Positions 57,605 through 64,000 of a DNA stretch of 64,000 bases are shown here, in pieces. The stretch comes from Adineta vaga (lineage: Eukaryota > Animalia > Rotifera). The stretch lies in assembly GCA_021613535.1 (NCBI GenBank), contig CP075492.1:14119769-14183768 (forward strand), written 5' to 3'. Made by a program: the position numbers and the translations under genes. The notes under the pieces were generated by a model that was not told the DNA's origin, made no database searches, and was given only the letters and a program-made list of their open reading frames with translations. Within the stretch, counting starts at the first letter, position 1. The number at the start of each line of letters is the position of its first letter.

Positions 57605-58303
57605 ACTATTTGTAATATAATCAACGCAGAAAAACAGTAAAATAATTGTCACTCTATTCTCTCACAAATAGAAAGATGAAATCATTGTTTCTTATCTTAT
57701 AGTTGCAGAAGACCAACAATTTTATCTTTTCAACAGAATATTTTACCTGTATAGTTTTTGTATACATTTGAAGATACCATCCATCCTACATAATTCATGA
57801 CATTCGTCTTCTATACTATTTTTATTCAAGTCTTTCTATTCCTAGATGTAACTGACTAGTTATCTAATTAATATAGATTAGAACTGATCATGTCTATATC
57901 AGGTACAATTACTCGTTATCAAATGGTTTGTCCATCGTCCGAATATTTATGCTTATCAAACAACCTTCCACAGACGATCATTGTACTATGCTATCGATTA
58001 CATAATTATCAATCAAATCTTACCAAAGAAGCTCTTCTTTTAAGATACAACAAGCTACAGTAGTAATGACTATCTCACACCTTATCATCATGGATCATAT
58101 TTAAACCCGGAAAAACAAGCATTCGGATGGAGTGCAAAGCAAATAGGCAATACATGAACTCAACATGTGATTTCTAACTCTCATATCAACATTATCAATG
58201 CAAACATTATATTACGTAAACCTCATTCATTCTTTGCTGTTGGCTATTCGATTGAAACAGATACAGCACGATTTCGTACAATCAATCATATTCCTGTACT
58301 GTA

Positions 58304-58774
58304 ATGTCACCTATGGATCGTAGTTATTCACATATCGAACGTCGAACAATAAAACCAGATAGACGTACGACGGATCTAAATTGTAGTCAATTTGTGATTT
58401 GGGATAGTTTGACAGTTGATAAACGAATAATTACTGGTCGTAATATGGATGGTGAATGTGATATTCGTCGTGTAACTGTATCGACAACTTTACTATTTGC
58501 TATAAACAGTTCAGATGTGTCAAAACAGTATCGTTATATTAATTTAATATGGCGTGGAATGGTAGGAGCATTACCTGGAGTCAATGAAACGGGTTTCTAT
58601 TGTATAGAAAATGCTGGATCTTCTCAAATTGGATGTCAGATTAAAGGTTTAACACCAGTTTCCTATGTAGCAACTCATGCACTAAGAACGCTCAATGCTC
58701 GTACAGCTACAAAAAACTATGTCAAACTTGCATTTGAAGCATTCATACTCGATTCTACACTCAAGAAGCGATGA
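58304..58774 (+). CDS. choloylglycine-hydrolase / linear-amide C-N hydrolase (Ntn, peptidase C59)-like N-terminal fragment, 156 aa; probably truncated
   Basis: ATG at 58304. The catalytic-Cys block LNCSQFVIWDSLTVDKRIITGRNMDGE and GALPGVNETGFYCIENAG are present. Only ~300 bp remain before the convergent lectin gene, so the C-terminal half of the fold is missing. Confidence 0.45.
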   Translation: MSPMDRSYSHIERRTIKPDRRTTDLNCSQFVIWDSLTVDKRIITGRNMDGECDIRRVTVSTTLLFAINSSDVSKQYRYINLIWRGMVGALPGVNETGFYCIENAGSSQIGCQIKGLTPVSYVATHALRTLNARTATKNYVKLAFEAFILDSTLKKR

Positions 58775-59081
58775 CTGATTCGAAAGGTCTTATTTGTGGT
58801 TCTGGAGGGTGTGGGACTATTTCAACAATTTGAATGTTCTCTTACTTGTCAACAATGTGGTCATTCACTACAAATAAAACATTTAAAACTGAGAAACTTC
58901 ATTCCAAATAAAGTTGACTATTTTAATTCAGAAAATTTTCGAAGATCTGTTTTAGTTTTTATTATTATCAAACTCAAGAAGTAATCCTTTTTCATTTGAA
59001 AAACAATTGATAGAGAATTGTTTAAATGAATTTCATAAGGGCAATCACACACGTTAATTAACAATAAGATGACGAAAAAAA

Positions 59082-60058
59082 TTATCCACTTTGTGTCGTA
59101 TTTGTTTGCCAAACAATTGACTTAGTTTTATCAGTCCATATTAGATTTCCTGAATCTAATATTTCGAAACAGAAAGGAGTTCCACTACCATTATTATAAA
59201 TCGCAGCTGTCCATAGTACTTGCATAGTACCCAATGCATAAACAACTAAATTACGATCATACTGTAATGCAAGAAAACATGAAATTGATGTTGATATTTG
59301 ATTTGCAGTCCAGAGTGTTGTTGAAGTAACATTTCCATAGCTGTAAGCACTATAAACACCGAATTGATTATTTAACATACCGACTGCATAAGTTTGTGAA
59401 GTTGGTGAATAGATAAATTCATCATTATAAAAGTATATACTGTTATTATATACGCAAACGGACGACGGAGGAGCTACAACATAGAAAAAAACGAAAAATG
59501 ATCAGTAGTCATTTACATAATTCATCTACATTTCTCAAACCTGTCGTAGTTGTTGCAGTTGTTGTGCTTGTAGCTAGAAAACAAATGAGAAAGAATTTCT
59601 ACTTTAATATACTCAATCATCCTTCTTTTACTTGCAGTAGTACTTTTCGTTGTCGTGCTAGTGAAATTTATAGTAGTAGAAGTCATTACTATAAAGAAAA
59701 AAGGACACATGTATTATTTTCTTCGGAGTAGCTTACAGTTGATTGATGCCGTAGTTGAATCTGTTCCTGTTGACAAGAAATTAGAAAATATACATTCATT
59801 AATTTTATCTGATTCTCTGAATTAAACTTTTTGCTTACCTGATCTTTGCCATAAAACAACAACAACAGCCAAAACATTTCCTGCTACTAATAAACCCAAA
59901 ACTAATCCAATTACAAACATTGTTTTTGCTGAAGTAGTTGATTGTTTCGTTGTTGATTGTATTGTAGTAGAATCATGATCAACACTATCTACTTCAGACA
60001 ACCCATGAGTACTAGCATCCAAGGTTTGTAATTCATAGCCATTTTCTAACGTATTCAT
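59082..60058 (-). CDS. multi-exon gene: N-terminal TM anchor, Thr-rich mucin-like stalk and C-terminal bulb-type (B_lectin) mannose-binding lectin domain
   Basis: ATG at 60058. Exon 1 runs to ~59839 with donor G|GTAAGC and contains the TM FVIGLVLGLLVAGNVLAVVVVL. Short exons follow, with Thr-rich stretches (TSTTINFTSTTTKSTTA, TTSTTTATTTT) and ~55-60-bp introns. The terminal exon ends at 59082 (…NLVVYALGTMQVLWTAAIYNNGSGTPFCFEILDSGNLIWTDKTKSIVWQTNT…), the B_lectin signature. Internal exon boundaries are approximate. Confidence 0.55.
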
Positions 60059-60702
60059 ACTTCTTATTTTGCGATTTTTTACTAACTATGATGTACTTTT
60101 CTGCTCATTATCATTTTCAATTACTTATGTTTCATCAGATTATGGACAAAAATAATTAAAAAAGAGGCCATAGTATAATGCAGTCTATTGAAGAAAAGAA
60201 AAGTAATGATTGTTTAAATATATCCACATGATGTAAGTACCCGCATGCACAGAGAAATAAAAGGTTATACGTATTTATTCCAACATGTCGATGAAGGTGA
60301 AGATGTGGAAACATATTTTTTTCATGAATGTCAAGATTCTCTTTTTTAGATTGAGAACTATAATAAAAGACACGTAACTTCCATCAACGAAACAATCGTT
60401 TTAAATTCAGATCCTACATTTTTATCAGATAACTTCTAATTTGATGTGCTTTTCGATGATCCATCATTTTCATGACTATGAAGTGTTTTCACCATTGTTT
60501 TTTATCCTTACTCTATCAGTAAACTACGATGTTTACAATAATTCGATTGAAATAGATATATCCCACCGAAAAATCATGTTCATACAACGCTGATGTTTAT
60601 TTCAACGGCTTTTCATTTGAAAAGAAAATCATTTGAATATCAATGATGTATAGAATTATTTTACAATTCCTTTTCTGTTATAAAAAAAACAAAGTTTTCA
60701 TT

Positions 60703-62238
60703 CTAATAGTTTTCTGCACGTTTTTTACTGTTGTTTAACCATTGTTGAAGATCATCTAAATTTCTTGGTTCAAAACGACATTTAAACATTTTCGGTTGAA
60801 CAACGAGTGCTGTAGGTCGTGTATTGACTTCCATACCATCTAAAATTGCTGCGTATTCTTTATTCAATGGTTCAAGAATTCGAAAACCAACGATAAGACG
60901 AATAAAAAATGTAAATAATTCTCGATTTGCTAAATGAGCACCAATACACATTCTTGTTCCAGCACCATAAGCATAGTGAGGTGTGCCATCAGCATCACCA
61001 AGATAACGATCTGGATTAAAAGTATATGGATCTTCAAAATGATTTTCATCATAATCACCAGCAAATGCATTCATATAAAATGAAGTACCAGCAGGAATTC
61101 GTGCACCTTCATATTCAATCTCTTGAATACTGCGACGAGGAAGACTCATATGATGAACAGTATAAAAACGAAGAATTTCTTTATATAAAGCAGTTACATA
61201 TGGAACACGTTCCTCGTCTATACATCGATCCCATGCATCACCATCGGGATAAACATCGAGAATTTCTCTATAGGCACGTTCTTGAATATCTTGACCATGT
61301 GGTGAAGAAAGATAACCAATACCAAGAATAATATTTGTTGGAACTGTTTCAAGAGCAGCACTAATCATTGTCAAGCAAATACTTCGAATTTCTGTTTCAT
61401 TCAATTTTGCAGATGGATCTTTGAGAATATTACCGGTAATACATGGTTTATCTACTCCATTAGCAATATCTTTTTTTAAACCCTCTAATAATTGTCCGAG
61501 ATAACGATCACGACGAAGACGAATCGTCGCAGCTTCATTCGATCGGGCTGGAAATAAACGTAGAAGAGGAACATAATCTTGCCAATTATTTGATGCTGAT
61601 CGCAGTTGTGCAACAGCTCCTTCGACTATCACAATTTCTTTGAGAAGTTCATCAGATGATGAACCAATACGTGTACCATAATTCAATGTTAACGATGTAT
61701 TTAAAGCAAATCGTTGAAGATGAGGAATAATATTAATATCTGCTTGACCATTTTGACATTCATGTAGTATTTCATTAATAGCGACATAGGATTCGAGATC
61801 AATAATGGGCATATAGGATTGAACAGCTGGTTTATTCAGTGCTGTTGCTGCTGCTTTACGACGTTGTTTACATGATTCATCCCAAGGTGAAGTACCGATC
61901 GATAATACTTGACTACTTACAACATTGTGAAATGTATGTAATGTAGGTCGACTGATTAATGCTGCTTGATTTTTAACCCAAAAATATTTGATTGAATCAT
62001 AAGAATTAGCAATGACGATACGTTTGTTTCCCATACGAATTTGAAAAACAGGACCCAGTTTTTTCGCAAGTTTTGAAAGAGATTTTGAATGATTGTCACC
62101 CAATAGAAATAGACTTCCAAATATAGGCCAACCAGATGCTTCGGGAAGTCCATGAATCTTAGGAATTTCGGTTGTATCGAATATTTTGATGAGAAGTAAA
62201 AGAATAACGATGACACCAAATAAAACAAGAATCATCAT
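60703..62238 (-). CDS. cytochrome P450 monooxygenase, single exon, ~511 aa
   Basis: The real ATG is at 62238 (MMILVLFGVIVILLLLIKIF membrane anchor); the track start at 62283 is TTG. Heme loop YGAGTRMCIGAHLANREL (FxxGxRxCxG). PERF-like DPYTFNPDRY. ExxR-like EILRFYT. Confidence 0.8.
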   Translation of the reverse strand: MMILVLFGVIVILLLLIKIFDTTEIPKIHGLPEASGWPIFGSLFLLGDNHSKSLSKLAKKLGPVFQIRMGNKRIVIANSYDSIKYFWVKNQAALISRPTLHTFHNVVSSQVLSIGTSPWDESCKQRRKAAATALNKPAVQSYMPIIDLESYVAINEILHECQNGQADINIIPHLQRFALNTSLTLNYGTRIGSSSDELLKEIVIVEGAVAQLRSASNNWQDYVPLLRLFPARSNEAATIRLRRDRYLGQLLEGLKKDIANGVDKPCITGNILKDPSAKLNETEIRSICLTMISAALETVPTNIILGIGYLSSPHGQDIQERAYREILDVYPDGDAWDRCIDEERVPYVTALYKEILRFYTVHHMSLPRRSIQEIEYEGARIPAGTSFYMNAFAGDYDENHFEDPYTFNPDRYLGDADGTPHYAYGAGTRMCIGAHLANRELFTFFIRLIVGFRILEPLNKEYAAILDGMEVNTRPTALVVQPKMFKCRFEPRNLDDLQQWLNNSKKRAENY

Positions 62239-62879
62239 GTAATAAAAAAAAGAAGAAGAAACGTAATAGTGATGCAGTTGCAATCGTGTTGAATATATAT
62301 GAGATTTATTTTTTCATTCTATACTCTTTATAATACTGATAACACATTTTATCTCTTCATCTTTTTCACACAATGTGTTTCGTTACTTTGTCATATAGAC
62401 GTTATAATAGGCGTATCTGATTTTTTGTACGCTGATCTGTTATATCTAATTGTGTGCAAGTGATATTATCGATTGCGTAATTGATAAAAAGGAAGCTAAA
62501 ACAAACAGTAAGAGAATTCTGATTACATTAATATGCCAATCAAATAGTTGATGTAATCACTTTTTGGTCCGCGAAACAAGAAACAAGCCATATTGTACGA
62601 TAATAGTTAGCATAAACTAATAAAAAAAATATTTTCTGTAAATAATAAATCATTTCGAAAATCTTATGATATATTAATTCACATATGATGAAGTTTTATT
62701 TTCTTAGCAGTAGTTCTCAATTGGTACTTATTGTTTCAGAAAATACGTCAAGTTCATGATAGAGATTGTCGCTTATTTCATTTACTTCCAATCTAGATTT
62801 CAAACATATCAAACTGGAGAAAAATGAGAAAATCGTTCGCTATTACAAAAAAGAATGGTATTGAAATGAATGGATAAGA

Positions 62880-63300
62880 AATATCTTACAATGTTGTCAA
62901 CCTACGACGATGATGATGATGTGACGATTATTCATAAAAGAAACAAACAAACTGAAACAATATCACTATGGGAGGCATTGATCTGGCCGACCAACAGATA
63001 ACACCTTACAGTGTTCCTCGAAAACGGTTGAAAAAATATTACAAAAAATATTTATGATTTTATCAGATTTAGCTATACTGAACTCTTATAATTTATGTAA
63101 AATACAGACTCTTCAAACAAATCATACTGTGATGACACAACTTCAACCTACACTAATCCATTTGATTGGATGTCATTTTCCGTCTACAATTCTCCCTAAC
63201 TCAAATACAAAACGTTCAAGAAGACGATGTTTTGTTTGCAGTCATACAAAATCCCAAAGCAATCGAAGACGACGTGAAACAACATACATGAATCTTCAAT
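62880..63300 (+). mobile_element. piggyBac-type transposase C-terminal relic (frameshifted)
   Basis: …MGGIDLADQQITPYSVPRKRLKKYYKK (the conserved MGGVDxxDQ…KKWYKK block). After a frame switch comes IFMILSDLAILNSYNL… and then KRSRRRCFVCSHTKSQSNRRRRETTYMC, resembling the Cys-rich C-terminus. No upstream DDE region remains. Confidence 0.45.
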
Positions 63301-64000
63301 TTTTAGTGTTCAGCTTTGTATTGATCTATGTTTTCGCATTTATCATACTGTACTGAATTTTTAAACAAAACATTCTATTTTGAAAAAATTTACTGAAAGA
63401 AATATTTTGCTATTTCTTGTTCAAAAGTAACATCTGTCTCATACACATATATATATATATCAACAAAAGGTTCATTACTCTTAAAGACCCATAAATTTGT
63501 AAAATTTTAGGAAAAAAGAATTTTTAGTTAGTGAAAAAACTTAACAGTCAAGATGGTTAAAGACTTATCACCAGTTCCATTTTTTTCCCGTGAAATATCA
63601 TGTCAAAAACGCGTTAACTATAGTGCCACCAATATAGTGGAACTGGCTTTTATCAGAAAAAAGTATAGTTTGAATAAAGAATTATTTTATGATATTTCTG
63701 TGATATTTTTTTCAGTCTTTCGTAGTAAATTTCAGATGTCGCCACGCGTTTTCAGTTGTTAGTGATTGGCATTTCTATTTTACTGTTTTTCATCAGATTA
63801 ACGTACTAATGAGATATTTCTACTATGTTTTCTGTAATCGAATCTATTGGACAAGCTATCCGTCCAATTATTTTTTTTGTTTTCTTGTCGCTCACATTCT
63901 ATATACATGCCATGTGCCAAACGTAAGAACGCCATTTTCTCTTCACACACGATTACGATCGTACACATAAGCAGTTTACATAACATATTTACTAACTATA

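Overview
This is eukaryotic nuclear DNA, about 70% A+T, and not a prokaryotic locus. The evidence is many short GT-AG introns of 53-69 bp (for example 39311..39374, 53354..53417, 56422..56481 and 30879..30941), TATA/(TA)n-rich intergenic DNA, and multi-exon genes on both strands. The short uniform introns, TGTGGG-type interstitial motifs, many bacterial- or fungal-like genes next to ordinary metazoan genes, transposon relics and a large satellite together resemble a gene-poor, subtelomere-like region of a bdelloid-rotifer-type genome. That assignment is inference, not read directly from the sequence. Well supported coding genes: two secreted right-handed beta-helix (pectate-lyase-fold) proteins, the second with a truncated tandem pseudo-copy; a CSC1/OSCA/TMEM63-like channel; three paralogous class-A-like GPCRs, one probably a pseudogene; an R-S-ExE ADP-ribosyltransferase; a vault-PARP (PARP4)-like BRCT-PARP-VIT-VWA gene whose reading frame appears to run on through a 63-bp intron into HSP70 substrate-binding-domain-like exons; a questin-oxidase-like gene with a frameshift; a bee-venom (group III) PLA2-like exon; a CAP/GAPR-1-like gene; a three-exon C39-like cysteine-peptidase-like gene; a TRPM channel; a transmembrane pentapeptide-repeat protein; two F-box-family proteins; a GH99/GH71-like glycoside hydrolase; a truncated choloylglycine-hydrolase (Ntn) gene; a cytochrome P450; and two membrane-anchored Thr-rich 'mucin stalk plus carbohydrate-binding domain' genes (one ending in a CBM4_9-like domain, one in a bulb-type lectin). 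Non-coding content: a 5.45-kb satellite of about 58 copies of a 93-bp monomer with a ~1.5-kb higher-order repeat; an inverted monomer fragment 650 bp beyond the array; GC-rich nested-palindrome islands; hAT and piggyBac transposase relics; and four copies of a short hairpin element built on GGGTGTGGGTG cores. The supplied ORF track uses alternative start codons: the listed starts at 5829, 7121, 7501, 10789, 27981, 51088, 56389 and 62283 are TTG and 57652 is GTG, so several listed 'M' starts are not real. No single prokaryote-style 'system' is evident. The most novel candidates are the PARP4-HSP70-SBD architecture, the cluster of foreign-looking (HGT-like) genes that now carry introns, and the short palindromic telomere-hexamer element family.
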